From the NCBI GenBank assembly GCA_903831045.1, contig CAIKWG010000003.1, forward strand, positions 415 to 64,414: DNA of 64,000 nucleotides, read 5' to 3'. The position numbers were made by a program, and so were the translations under genes. The stretch is from an uncultured archaeon (GTDB lineage Archaea; Nanobdellota; Nanobdellia; Pacearchaeales; GW2011-AR1). Position 1 is the first letter of the stretch. Each line of letters starts with the position of its first letter. Below the pieces are notes generated by a model. It was not told where the DNA came from and did not search any database. It saw only the letters and a program-made list of their open reading frames with translations. Shown in pieces: positions 1-9,030 of the stretch.

Positions 1-251
1 TCTAGCTCCAGAAAGCAATGTTTCTAAACTCAAAGCAAAGAAGATTGATATCTTCCTAAGTCAAGCAGATGTTGTAATTCCTTTTTATTGTGGAAAAAGT
101 TTATTCACTAAAATGAAATCTTTCAAATACAATATATTCTGTAGAATTAATAATTTTCTAGGACACTATCTTACGATATTCTCTTTCTATCTAAATCCTA
201 AAAAGTTCTTGTTTCATAGATAGACTGTTTTTTTTTTTAATAGAGTTACTC

Positions 252-331
252 CCAGTCTATTAAAAAGACTCAAAATAAATTTTGGTCATTTTTTCACATG
301 GCTTTCGCCAATTTATAAAAAAGACTCACAA
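252..331. repeat. Two 24-nt direct repeats (20/24 identical) spaced 56 nt apart
   Basis: ccagtctattaaaaagactcaaaa at 252..275 and ccaatttataaaaaagactcacaa at 308..331. Confidence 0.5.
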
Positions 332-402
332 TGTCTTCGACATTATGGTCGTGTCCTCAAAGATAAATCTTCTGCGGTTTTTAATAAACTTACAAGTAAG
401 TT

Positions 403-446
403 ATTAAAAAAAAGAAAAAGAAAAAAAATAAAAAATTAAATTTTTT
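403..446 (-). terminator. Oligo-T (on minus strand) termination tract downstream of the S-layer gene
   Basis: Plus strand reads aaaaaaaagaaaaagaaaaaaaataaaaaattaaa right after the stop at 451. On the coding strand this is several consecutive T-runs, the usual archaeal termination signal. Confidence 0.5.
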
Positions 447-450
447 GGAT

Positions 451-2820
451 TTATTGTACTACTAAGTCAGCTGTAGTAGCTGTAGTTCCTTTGTAAGTCT
501 TTCCAACAGTTGTGTCAACAGTCTTAGTTCTTAAGTAAGTTGCAGCGTTTGCAGTGTCGGCTACATCGTAACCAGCAACAACAAGAGCAATCTTACCAGA
601 AGTAGCGCTAGCTACACTCTTAATTAAGAATTGACCTGCACTAACACCAGTTGCAGTTGTGAAAGCTGCACCACATGTATGTGCGGAAACACCTAAAGCT
701 GTAGCAGCAGCTGAGTTTATACAACTACCACCAACAATAATTAGGTTCTTTCCATTGAAATTACTCACTTCAGAATCTTTAGCCAATACATTTCCTAATG
801 TACTAGTTCCACTAACTGTGGCACCAGGAGAAGTTACATATACATCAGCAGTAACTTCGTCACCGTGATATAATATTTTTATGCTGTCTTGACCTGAAGT
901 AGGTTGATCCCATAAGAATTCTGTAGCTAAAGCAGAATACATGAATGATCTATAAACCTTTGTATCTCCAATCTCAAGAGCAGTAACATCTTCATTAATT
1001 AGATCTTTAACTTCTACTTCTTTAGTTGTAGAAGCATCCCATCCAACAGATACTGCAAAGTTGTCACCACTTCCAATGTTTCCATCCTTATCCTCTTCTG
1101 TAAAGTTAAGGTAGAATGTAGCATTGTTATGTCCAGCTTTTCCGTCTCCATCAGGGCTAGTAGTGAAATTAATTACACCCGGAGCAACACTATTGTTAAC
1201 AGATTGAAAAGGTAAGTAAGTTCTTAATCCTTCTTTAGAGTAAAGTTGGTAGAAATTTGTAGAAGAACTGTTTGCAGTTATTACTGCAGATTTACCAACT
1301 CTGTCTATAAATCCAACACCTAATTCGGCGTTACCCATAGAGAATGTATCACCATTCTTAGCTCCTTCTTTCTTTTTAACCCAAGCTCCATCTTTGTAAT
1401 ATTCAATATCAGTTTTGTTGTCTGATCCGTCTAATACAAAGTTTGTAGCCTTCATTAAGTAAGATTCACCTTCAGTAGTTGAAGCATATGATGCTATGAA
1501 ATAAGCATCAGTATCTTTATCGAATGTTATGCTTGATGTGTTTGAAGTACGTAACATGTTTGTTGCGTCCTTACCAATTCCACTAAATGGACCACCTTCA
1601 ACTCCGTATAAGAAGTCAATATCAGCAGCACCATCTTTTAATGGGAAATTATTCAAACTAGCATAGGATGATCCACCTTGTTCTACAGTAATTGTTTCTG
1701 TAGTTGGGTAAGTCATTCCACCATAAGACATTTTAACAATACCAAATCCTGGCATTGTTATTTCAGTATCTTCTGTAAGGAATAAATCGTCATCTGCATT
1801 CCATGCAAGCTTAATGCTTGTAAGTTTAGCAGTCGAAGTACCTAAAGCAGCAGTTGAGTTCACCATATATGCACTAACACCTGGAACGGCTTCGTCATTT
1901 ATTTGAACTTCTGAACCACTTGTAAGTTTTAATTTTCCCTTACCAATACTAAATTCAACACTACTTACTCCAGTGTCCTTAGATACATACATGATATCTT
2001 TGATACCAATATATGAACCATCACTTAATTTGTAAGTTGCGCTTTCAGCTAAACTAGAGGTAGTTTGTCCATTTACAGTTAATTTAACTTCACTGCTTCC
2101 AATGTAAGCAATTGAACATGTATAAGAAGTACCATCAACAGTTATATCAACTGTTTCTCCTTCTGTTAGAATCTTTGTTTCCGCAGAATCTAATAAAGTA
2201 AGAATTAAGTTAGCACCACTTGTACTATTTGAAAGAACATAGTAATTTTTACCCATGAATGGTATATCAGAAGTAACCAAATCTTTGATTAAAGGTTCAT
2301 CACTAAAAGTCAAAGTGTAGTTTAATACATTTGTACCTGAAGCGAATCTAAAACCAACAGTTGGTTGATCAGCAATATAGTCATTGTCTTCCCAAAGAGA
2401 TAATGCAACTGGATTCATATCGATTTTTTGAGTGTAATCAAATTCATCGTTATTACTATCAGTGTATATTCCTTCAGCAAGAAGAGTTGACAATTCACCA
2501 TCATCCAAAGTTGATTGGATTTTAGTTACATTGTCACCTAAGTAAAGCTTTGTAGATGTCTTTTCAAATTTGTAAGAGTCTCCACCACTAGTGCTAGATC
2601 CTCCAGTCTTTGGCATTGAGGCAGCAAGTGTAGTCTGGATATTTCCAGCCTGAGTTAAATCAGTTGGAGAAACACCAGCACCTGTACCATATACAATAGC
2701 CACGTCAGCTACTCCGTTCTGTACGAAGGGAGCAGGGAAACTAGCAGCTGCAGCTCCAGCAATAGTTAAACCAGCCATAAGTGTACTAGCAAAAATTGCC
2801 GAGATTTTTTTGAATTTCAT
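451..2820 (-). CDS. S-layer (surface layer) protein, secreted
   Basis: N-terminal signal peptide (MKFKKISAIFASTLMAGLTIAGAAAA). Thr/Ser/Gly-rich, low in Cys. C-terminal ...NLIIVGGSCINSAAA...KIALVVAGYDVADTANAA resembles the methanococcal S-layer C-terminal domain. Strong SD (GGAGG) 14 nt upstream and a long leader. Confidence 0.7.
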   Translation of the reverse strand: MKFKKISAIFASTLMAGLTIAGAAAASFPAPFVQNGVADVAIVYGTGAGVSPTDLTQAGNIQTTLAASMPKTGGSSTSGGDSYKFEKTSTKLYLGDNVTKIQSTLDDGELSTLLAEGIYTDSNNDEFDYTQKIDMNPVALSLWEDNDYIADQPTVGFRFASGTNVLNYTLTFSDEPLIKDLVTSDIPFMGKNYYVLSNSTSGANLILTLLDSAETKILTEGETVDITVDGTSYTCSIAYIGSSEVKLTVNGQTTSSLAESATYKLSDGSYIGIKDIMYVSKDTGVSSVEFSIGKGKLKLTSGSEVQINDEAVPGVSAYMVNSTAALGTSTAKLTSIKLAWNADDDLFLTEDTEITMPGFGIVKMSYGGMTYPTTETITVEQGGSSYASLNNFPLKDGAADIDFLYGVEGGPFSGIGKDATNMLRTSNTSSITFDKDTDAYFIASYASTTEGESYLMKATNFVLDGSDNKTDIEYYKDGAWVKKKEGAKNGDTFSMGNAELGVGFIDRVGKSAVITANSSSTNFYQLYSKEGLRTYLPFQSVNNSVAPGVINFTTSPDGDGKAGHNNATFYLNFTEEDKDGNIGSGDNFAVSVGWDASTTKEVEVKDLINEDVTALEIGDTKVYRSFMYSALATEFLWDQPTSGQDSIKILYHGDEVTADVYVTSPGATVSGTSTLGNVLAKDSEVSNFNGKNLIIVGGSCINSAAATALGVSAHTCGAAFTTATGVSAGQFLIKSVASATSGKIALVVAGYDVADTANAATYLRTKTVDTTVGKTYKGTTATTADLVVQ

Positions 2821-3080
2821 CGTTATTATTTTATCCTCCTTTCCACCTGTATACGTAGTTGCCTATGACAACCTATATTTTTTCAACCTTTAGCTATAGG
2901 GGGAGCTATCAGTCGAAAGCCTATAGGTTTAACCTAGCGTTCGTGTCCGGCAAACGCATATAAGGTAAACCCCTATAAGAGCACTCCTAAGAGTGTAATA
3001 GGAAAAGCCAGTTTTGCTTTAAAAAGATTGTTATTCATTTTTTCGGTTTGCCTTCTCTAACCCCTCATTTTATAGGGTTT

Positions 3081-3096
3081 ATTTATAAACCTTTCG
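3081..3096 (-). promoter_or_regulatory. BRE/TATA-like promoter element (CGAAAGGTTTATAAAT) for the S-layer gene, implying a ~240-nt leader
   Basis: The same CGAAAG-N-TTTATAAA motif occurs upstream of the rRNA operon and sepF. The TATA core is palindromic, so it could also serve the plus strand. Confidence 0.4.
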
Positions 3097-3198
3097 CTGT
3101 CCCCAGATGTTAGCTACATCTTTTAGACGTTTTTTCAATAAACCCAAAAATATATATATCTAAAAATGATATATATAATAAAATCAGCGAGGTAAAAA

Positions 3199-3546
3199 AT
3201 GACAAAAACCAAGTCAAGAGAGATAGTAATTAAGGAATCAAGAGGAAGCTTTGTAATTTTACCGTCGGCAAATTCTAGAGATTATGATTTTGATGGTTTG
3301 CTATCGTTGAGAAAACTACTCACAAAGGAAAAAGCTCGAATGCTAGATACAATTAAATATAAATCTCCTGGTTCAATCTATGAACTTGCTAAAATTCTCA
3401 AGCGTCCGTTCAAAGGAGTGATGGATGATATCCAACTTTTAGAGAGATTTGGCTTCATAGATCTTATAGAAGAAAGAACAAATAAAAGAATAAGGCACAA
3501 GCCCGTAATTGTTGTGGACACAATGAATATTTCAATAAAAATCTAA
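3199..3546 (+). CDS. Winged-helix DNA-binding protein (putative transcriptional regulator)
   Basis: 115 aa. The segment SIYELAKILKRPFKGVMDDIQLLERFGFIDL looks like an HTH recognition helix plus wing. SD GAGGT lies 6 nt upstream. Divergent from the S-layer gene. Confidence 0.5.
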   Translation: MTKTKSREIVIKESRGSFVILPSANSRDYDFDGLLSLRKLLTKEKARMLDTIKYKSPGSIYELAKILKRPFKGVMDDIQLLERFGFIDLIEERTNKRIRHKPVIVVDTMNISIKI

Positions 3547-3587
3547 TCCTCAATAATCTTTTTATACTCTCAAATCCAATTGACTTT

Positions 3588-4172
3588 ATGAGAAAATTAA
3601 CTAATCCTAAGGATAAGGACAAGAAGCAAAGAAGAAACCAACTTATTCTGGGGATGTTCCTTGTTTTAACCATGATGCTTAGCACTTTTGCCATAGTAAT
3701 TGATTCTCTTCAAAATAAGAACCAAAATTCAGTAAAATATAATGGTTATAAATTTGAAGCTTCAAATGGCTATTGGGCAACCACCGCAGGTCAATATCAA
3801 TTCTTCTTTAAGCTAAACCCTCTTGAAACAAAAAACTTCAGCTCATCTTTTGATAATACAACTCTAAAGCTAGTTCAAAACTACATTGGAAAACCATTGT
3901 ATCTCTATTCACAGGATTCCTATGCTTCCCAAGAGCTTGCACAGAACCTAAAACCTTTTGTGGAAAGATACCAACCAGCGTGCTTTGAAGCAACCAACTG
4001 CCCCCAGGACATCCCTATAAAGGATTGTACCAATAACTTCATCATTTACAAGATATCCAATTCAACTTCAGTTAGACAGCAAGACAACTGCGTTTTCATT
4101 GAAGGAAAGCAAGAAGACTTGGTATATCTGACTGATGAATTCTTATTTAAAATATTAGGAATAAAACAATAA
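3588..4172 (+). CDS. N-terminally membrane-anchored extracellular protein, unknown function
   Basis: One N-terminal TM (LILGMFLVLTMMLSTFAIVI). The ectodomain carries 4 Cys. The post-TM motif Y-x-G-x-KFE is shared with the next ORF. Confidence 0.55.
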   Translation: MRKLTNPKDKDKKQRRNQLILGMFLVLTMMLSTFAIVIDSLQNKNQNSVKYNGYKFEASNGYWATTAGQYQFFFKLNPLETKNFSSSFDNTTLKLVQNYIGKPLYLYSQDSYASQELAQNLKPFVERYQPACFEATNCPQDIPIKDCTNNFIIYKISNSTSVRQQDNCVFIEGKQEDLVYLTDEFLFKILGIKQ

Positions 4173-4202
4173 ATTTATAAGATAAATTAAATTAAGTTAA
4201 AA

Positions 4203-4784
4203 ATGGCAAAAGACAAATCAAATAAGATTATTAAGGGGTTCATTATAGGAATCATAACAGTTCTAATCCTAGTTATAGCAGTTTATTTTTTAATAAGCTC
4301 TCTAAGAACTCAAACCTACGAAGGAGTAAAATTTGAGACAGTGCAATTCGGACAATTAATTATGTATCAGACCGCACTCCCTTATTTCTATCAAGGAGCA
4401 TATGTTCCATATAACATTTATTTAAGAAACAGTCCTAAGAAATTAAAGAATATCGCATTCCCAGATAATTTTAGTTTAATGAAAGTTTCTGGAGCAACAA
4501 TTCCTCTAAACATGACCTGTGATGGAGATTCAACAATTGCTTTAGCAAATCTAGAGATTCTACACAATGTTATAGGTGCTGGTTGGGTAATAGATAACAA
4601 TGCAACCTGTGATGAAAGATATAATCTTTACAAGATAGTTGAAGCAGACAAAACAGAGATTGTAGAAATTTCTCCAAGATGCTATGAAGTTAGAGTAGCA
4701 AACTGTGAGATTCTTCCCGCAACAGAAAGAATAATGATAGAGATATTTGCTAAGAATGCAGAGTTAAACGCTCCTTCAAAATAA
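4203..4784 (+). CDS. N-terminally membrane-anchored extracellular protein, distant paralog of 3588..4172
   Basis: One N-terminal TM (FIIGIITVLILVIAVYFLI). Shares the YEGVKFE motif after the TM. Cys-containing ectodomain. Confidence 0.55.
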   Translation: MAKDKSNKIIKGFIIGIITVLILVIAVYFLISSLRTQTYEGVKFETVQFGQLIMYQTALPYFYQGAYVPYNIYLRNSPKKLKNIAFPDNFSLMKVSGATIPLNMTCDGDSTIALANLEILHNVIGAGWVIDNNATCDERYNLYKIVEADKTEIVEISPRCYEVRVANCEILPATERIMIEIFAKNAELNAPSK

Positions 4785-4914
4785 TTATTTTTCTTAATAG
4801 AAATAATTATTTTGCACTGTTTATGATTAATCCTTTCATATAATTAATTATTATCAAACTAAGATTGAGTGTAGAGTTAATGACGTCTTTACCAGATAGA
4901 GAATATCAAACAAT

Positions 4915-5457
4915 TCACTTTCTCTTCTTCTTAGTTCCGCTATACAAGAATTTAACATCAGAATAAAATGGAATCTCTTTTATCTTGAATATCTTTACCT
5001 GAGCAAACCAAATTCCTAGTATAAACACAGTTGTTCCAATATACCAAATAAACTTATGAGCAAAGTCAAACAGTGGAGCACCATTAATATACATCAAGCT
5101 CATGAAGAATATTCTAAGTATGTTCATAACTAAGAAAATTAAGAATCCTCCTAGAAGCATTTTCATTCTAGGTTTAATTTTAATATTTGGTGTAGCTAGA
5201 TTTAATATTAAAAGGAAGTAATATGCTGAACCAGCAATGCAAGCACCAATAATTTCTATTCTAAATTGATTAATTAAAATAGTATTAATCAATCCGCAAG
5301 AAGTACAAAATGAAGCATCAAAGAATAGTCTCAGCATCCAAAAAACAGGATACACAGTCAATGGAGAAAATATAAAATAAAATATTCCTAATCCTGGTAA
5401 AGCAGCCAAAACTAAAATTAAATATCTAACAAAAATACTTTTTAGATTATTCTTCAT
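4915..5457 (-). CDS. Compact archaeosortase/exosortase-family transpeptidase (pacearchaeosortase-like)
   Basis: 180-aa polytopic membrane protein. It has the three family signature positions in order: Cys (IIGACIAGS), Arg (VMNILRIFF) and His (FAHKFIWYIG). Confidence 0.6.
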   Translation of the reverse strand: MKNNLKSIFVRYLILVLAALPGLGIFYFIFSPLTVYPVFWMLRLFFDASFCTSCGLINTILINQFRIEIIGACIAGSAYYFLLILNLATPNIKIKPRMKMLLGGFLIFLVMNILRIFFMSLMYINGAPLFDFAHKFIWYIGTTVFILGIWFAQVKIFKIKEIPFYSDVKFLYSGTKKKRK

Positions 5458-5496
5458 AAACTAAAAAGAGAAAATAAGTTTAAATATATTTAGAAT

Positions 5497-5772
5497 CTAT
5501 GGATGATCTCTATTATCAGAATTATCCGAGTTAATTTCTCCTAGTTTCCTAGGACTCAACTGAACTAATATCTTTTCTAATAATGCTGTTTGCTTATCTG
5601 TTTCTTCTAATTGATGAAGATAAGTGCAATCTGGTACCATATCTACAAAACTCTCTCCTCTCATTATGCATCTATACTCGCCAGAATCAGACCTAATGAC
5701 CATATTATCACCAGCTTCAGAATGAAGAGGACAATTAAAACTATACTGACATCTTAAGAATTCTTCAGCCAT
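5497..5772 (-). CDS. Small Cys-containing hypothetical protein (start taken at MAEEFL)
   Basis: The ORF-track start at 5799 overlaps the upstream gene. The ATG at 5772 gives the stop-1nt-start junction typical of this contig. No family recognised. Confidence 0.45.
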   Translation of the reverse strand: MAEEFLRCQYSFNCPLHSEAGDNMVIRSDSGEYRCIMRGESFVDMVPDCTYLHQLEETDKQTALLEKILVQLSPRKLGEINSDNSDNRDHP

Positions 5773-5773
5773 T

Positions 5774-7360
5774 TTATCTTCTAGCTCTAACAGCAACAAT
5801 TACTATTGCAATAATAAGAACTACAATGAAAGCACCAAGGCTTACAAGTAACCAATTTGTTTTGATAAAATCAAACAGGTTGAACTTTGAAGATTCAATT
5901 TCAACTGCAACTGATTGTTTCATTGCAAATTCGTTGTTTGAAAGAACATCGATTGAAAAAGTTTGAGCTCCTGTAATTCCTCTCTGAACATCGAATACTA
6001 AACTAATATCTTTAGATTGTCCAGCTTCAAGGATAAATGTGCTTTCGCTAACATCTTTTAATGTTGCCCAGCTGTTAAATCCACTAGCACTAACAGCAAA
6101 CGTTACTTGTTTATCTTCAGTGTTTGTAATAGTTGTTTTAATTATAAGTTCTTTTCCAGCTCTAGCTTCTGAATCCAATGCAGCTGAAATAGCAGGATCT
6201 GAAATTTTACATCCACCATTAACATTAATAAGTAAACTTGAAACAGCTAAATCATCTTGAGAGTTTTTGAAAATATCATCATTTTCATCATAAACTTCAA
6301 CTTCTAGTTTGTAATATTTTTCTTTAATATTCTTTGGAACTGTAAATTCAAAACTAACAGTTTCACTATCGAATGCTTTAATATCTCCAATTTCTACTTT
6401 GCTGTCAATTCCTAATTCTTTATTATAAACTGTAAGATAGGTTGCATCTTGTTTAGCATCTCCAATATTTGTAACTTCAATTTGCATTGTAGTTTTAGCA
6501 CCACAATTTAAAGAAATATTAGAATCTTTTGAAACATCAACACCATTTACAATATAATTTGTAGCAATAACAAAGTCATCTCCAGTTTTTACATCAACTT
6601 GAAGATTATCTTCATCGCAAGTTTCATTGTTATCATAGGCACTATCAGAATCATCTATTGTTCCTTTAGCACTTGCATATAAAACTGCTTTTTGACCCTT
6701 AAAGTTTGCAATCTTTGAATCTAATTTAAAAGTATAAGTTATAGTTTGATCATCACCACTAGCCAAATCAATTTGGTCTATTTTTTTACTTTCGAATATT
6801 TTAACACCTGCTGTAGTGTATAGAGCAATATTAACATCTAAATTTTGCATATCCCAGTTTCCGTTGTTTTCTACAACAACATCAACACTTACTTCATCAT
6901 TAGGATACCAATAACTTTCGTCATCTCCAAATCCAGAATCAACTGTTACACTATCTATGCTAACAGATAAAGATCCAACATTTGAGCATGTATCACAATA
7001 TAATCTTGTAGCTGAAACAGTTCCAGAAGCACTTAGGCTTCCGTTTGTAGCAGTTAAAGTTGAAGTATAAGTTTTTCCAAGATTTATAGAACTTTTATCA
7101 ATAGTAATATTAACAGTCTTGGATTGAGAAGCATTTAGGTTAAATGCAGTTGTATCATAAGTTAAATCAAAAGCACCTGTATCAGTTAAAGTGATACCAG
7201 TTAAGTTTTCAGTTGCGCTAGCACTTACAACAACTTGTCCTTGTCCTGTTTTCCAGTCAACTGTTGTACTAGAAACACTTAAAGCACTAGTCATACTAGC
7301 AAATAAGAATATAGCTAACACACTTGCAATCACGAAACTTAATGTTTTTGTTTTTGTCAT
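5774..7360 (-). CDS. Secreted CARDB-like repeat surface protein with C-terminal TM plus basic tail (candidate sortase substrate)
   Basis: Signal peptide present. Repeated beta-sandwich-like modules (..VSVDVVVENNGNWDMQNLDVNIALY.., ..MQIEVTNIGDAKQDATYLTVYN..). The C-terminus ends ...FIKTNWLLVSLGAFIVVLIIAIVIVAVRARR. Confidence 0.6.
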   Translation of the reverse strand: MTKTKTLSFVIASVLAIFLFASMTSALSVSSTTVDWKTGQGQVVVSASATENLTGITLTDTGAFDLTYDTTAFNLNASQSKTVNITIDKSSINLGKTYTSTLTATNGSLSASGTVSATRLYCDTCSNVGSLSVSIDSVTVDSGFGDDESYWYPNDEVSVDVVVENNGNWDMQNLDVNIALYTTAGVKIFESKKIDQIDLASGDDQTITYTFKLDSKIANFKGQKAVLYASAKGTIDDSDSAYDNNETCDEDNLQVDVKTGDDFVIATNYIVNGVDVSKDSNISLNCGAKTTMQIEVTNIGDAKQDATYLTVYNKELGIDSKVEIGDIKAFDSETVSFEFTVPKNIKEKYYKLEVEVYDENDDIFKNSQDDLAVSSLLINVNGGCKISDPAISAALDSEARAGKELIIKTTITNTEDKQVTFAVSASGFNSWATLKDVSESTFILEAGQSKDISLVFDVQRGITGAQTFSIDVLSNNEFAMKQSVAVEIESSKFNLFDFIKTNWLLVSLGAFIVVLIIAIVIVAVRARR

Positions 7361-7484
7361 GTATTCATTCCGCAGTTACTATGGTTTATAAACATTTCTA
7401 TATTTCAGAATACATAATAATTTCCTAATAAAATACTCTTTCAAAACATTTATATAACTCTCAAACTTATTTATAGACGATAAA

Positions 7485-7877
7485 ATGGTACTAAAATCTA
7501 GAGAGAACCTGATCGGAGCATGGGCATTTGCCATAGGGATAGTGTTGGCAGTGATCATTGGAATCAGTGCAATCTCATTTTTATCCATTGATTCGGTTCT
7601 AAAATACAGCACTCAGATCTATGCAATTCTAGTAATCTTAGGGATTATAGTTGGCTTTTCAATTAGAACAAGTGGTAGAGATAACCAATCTTTCTTAATA
7701 ATAGGAGCAATTATAGTAATTGTAAGCAAATTTGGTATGGATGGAGCCTATGGCTCTTTGATAGGAATAAAGGTAGGAGAAATAGTTTCTTCAACTTTTG
7801 CAGCTCTGTTGGCACTTGCTGCTCCAGCAACAATCATTGTAGCAATCAAATCATTGTTTTCTCTGTCTAGAATTTAA
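7485..7877 (+). CDS. Small integral membrane protein (about 4 TM), unknown function
   Basis: 130 aa, hydrophobic throughout. Its 3' end overlaps the convergent dph2-like gene by 27 nt. Confidence 0.5.
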   Translation: MVLKSRENLIGAWAFAIGIVLAVIIGISAISFLSIDSVLKYSTQIYAILVILGIIVGFSIRTSGRDNQSFLIIGAIIVIVSKFGMDGAYGSLIGIKVGEIVSSTFAALLALAAPATIIVAIKSLFSLSRI

Positions 7878-8471
7878 GCTATTAATATTAATCAAATAAG
7901 TATTCTCCAAATCCATTCTAGGGCAAGCGCTATTTACCCATGATTCAAGTCCGAAGTTTTCAAATTCATGAACATTAATATCATTTGCAACAAAAATATA
8001 GATTTTCTTATCTTTAGTGTTCTTCTTAAAATCAATAGCCCTTGAAATTCTCTGTTGGCCTGGCTTTGTTGAAACCAAAACTCCTATTCTCTTTGAACTA
8101 AGATATTTCAAATAAGCTCCTTTCTCTCTTTTCTTCATTTCTTCAACTTGAGACTCTTTAATCTCCTTTAACCCACTTTCATTAAAAACATAAACCTTTA
8201 GTCCAGATTCATAGGCTAGAGCAACCGGATGAAACTCTCCTTCTCCTATTATTAGTATAGCCTTGCTTCTTTCAGAAAAACTAGGAGAACTACAGCCTAA
8301 AACCTGATTTTCATCAATAATCTTACTATTAAGATATTTTTCGACCTCTTTTGCTAGTTCTTCAAACTGAATAGAATAGCATAAAGAAATAGAATCCTCT
8401 TTAATTGAATCTAAACTTGTAAGATCAACCTTCCCAAAAATCTTTTTTGCAGCCACAAATAGTGCTTTCAT
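7851..8471 (-). CDS. dph2: Diphthamide synthase Dph2-like protein, short form lacking the N-terminal domain
   Basis: Motifs QVLGCSS, IIGEGEFHPVALA, VSTKPGQQR and NSACPRMDL match Dph2 domains 2-3. It is only 206 aa, against about 330 aa for typical archaeal Dph2. Confidence 0.6.
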   Translation of the reverse strand: MKALFVAAKKIFGKVDLTSLDSIKEDSISLCYSIQFEELAKEVEKYLNSKIIDENQVLGCSSPSFSERSKAILIIGEGEFHPVALAYESGLKVYVFNESGLKEIKESQVEEMKKREKGAYLKYLSSKRIGVLVSTKPGQQRISRAIDFKKNTKDKKIYIFVANDINVHEFENFGLESWVNSACPRMDLENTYLININSLNSRQRKQ

Positions 8472-8611
8472 AAATAATTAAGTAAAACTTTAATTTTAAA
8501 GGTTTTGATATGGAGATAAACTATCTTCTAAACAGAATTAACATTTAGATATAGAATTATTTCCTAATTTCCCCTCTAAAACTTCTTTTCCCCTATTATA
8601 AGATAAATAAT

Positions 8612-9010
8612 TTAAAAATCGTCAAAGCTTGAGTCTTCTTTCTTTGGAGCTCTTATCATAATTTCTCTGTCAATCTTTGCGAATGCAGGAGTTATGATGA
8701 TTGTACTCTCTCCAAATCCAGCAATACTACCTTCAAGAGCTTGAACAGTCTTTTTGATTTTACCAATTGCTCTCTTCAGTTCTATAGGATCTTTCTTCTT
8801 AAGAACTCTTATGTCAACAATTCCAATAGTGTAACCTTCTCTTATTGCGTTCAAAACCATGTTAGAATCTTCATAGTCTCTTAGCACGAAAAGTTTCACT
8901 ATCACCTTGTTTTCTTTCTTTTCTTGGTTTAAATCAATTTCAACGTAGTCCTCACCTGAGCTTTCGTATTTTTGATTTCCAAACATTTCTCTTAGTTTTT
9001 TTAGTGCCAT
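8612..9010 (-). CDS. sepF: Cell division protein SepF (FtsZ membrane anchor)
   Basis: 132 aa. DUF552-like core (VIVKLFVLRDYEDSNMVLNAIREGYTIGIVDIRVL...IGKIKKTVQALEGSIAGFGESTIIITP). FtsZ is encoded 3 kb away. Confidence 0.7.
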   Translation of the reverse strand: MALKKLREMFGNQKYESSGEDYVEIDLNQEKKENKVIVKLFVLRDYEDSNMVLNAIREGYTIGIVDIRVLKKKDPIELKRAIGKIKKTVQALEGSIAGFGESTIIITPAFAKIDREIMIRAPKKEDSSFDDF

Positions 9011-9030
9011 GATAGATTTAGAAAGACTGT

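Noticed and set aside
2830-3120. RNase P RNA or SRP RNA in the S-layer upstream region (strings GGTAAACCCC and TAAGAGCAC on the plus strand recall RNase P conserved regions)
   Set aside because: The two strings are in the wrong order for RNase P RNA. There is no GAGGAAAGUCC-like CR-I or ACAGAA..GGCUUA CR-V pair, and no SRP helix-8 GGAA/AGCA motif. I kept it only as an unspecified structured-RNA or leader candidate.
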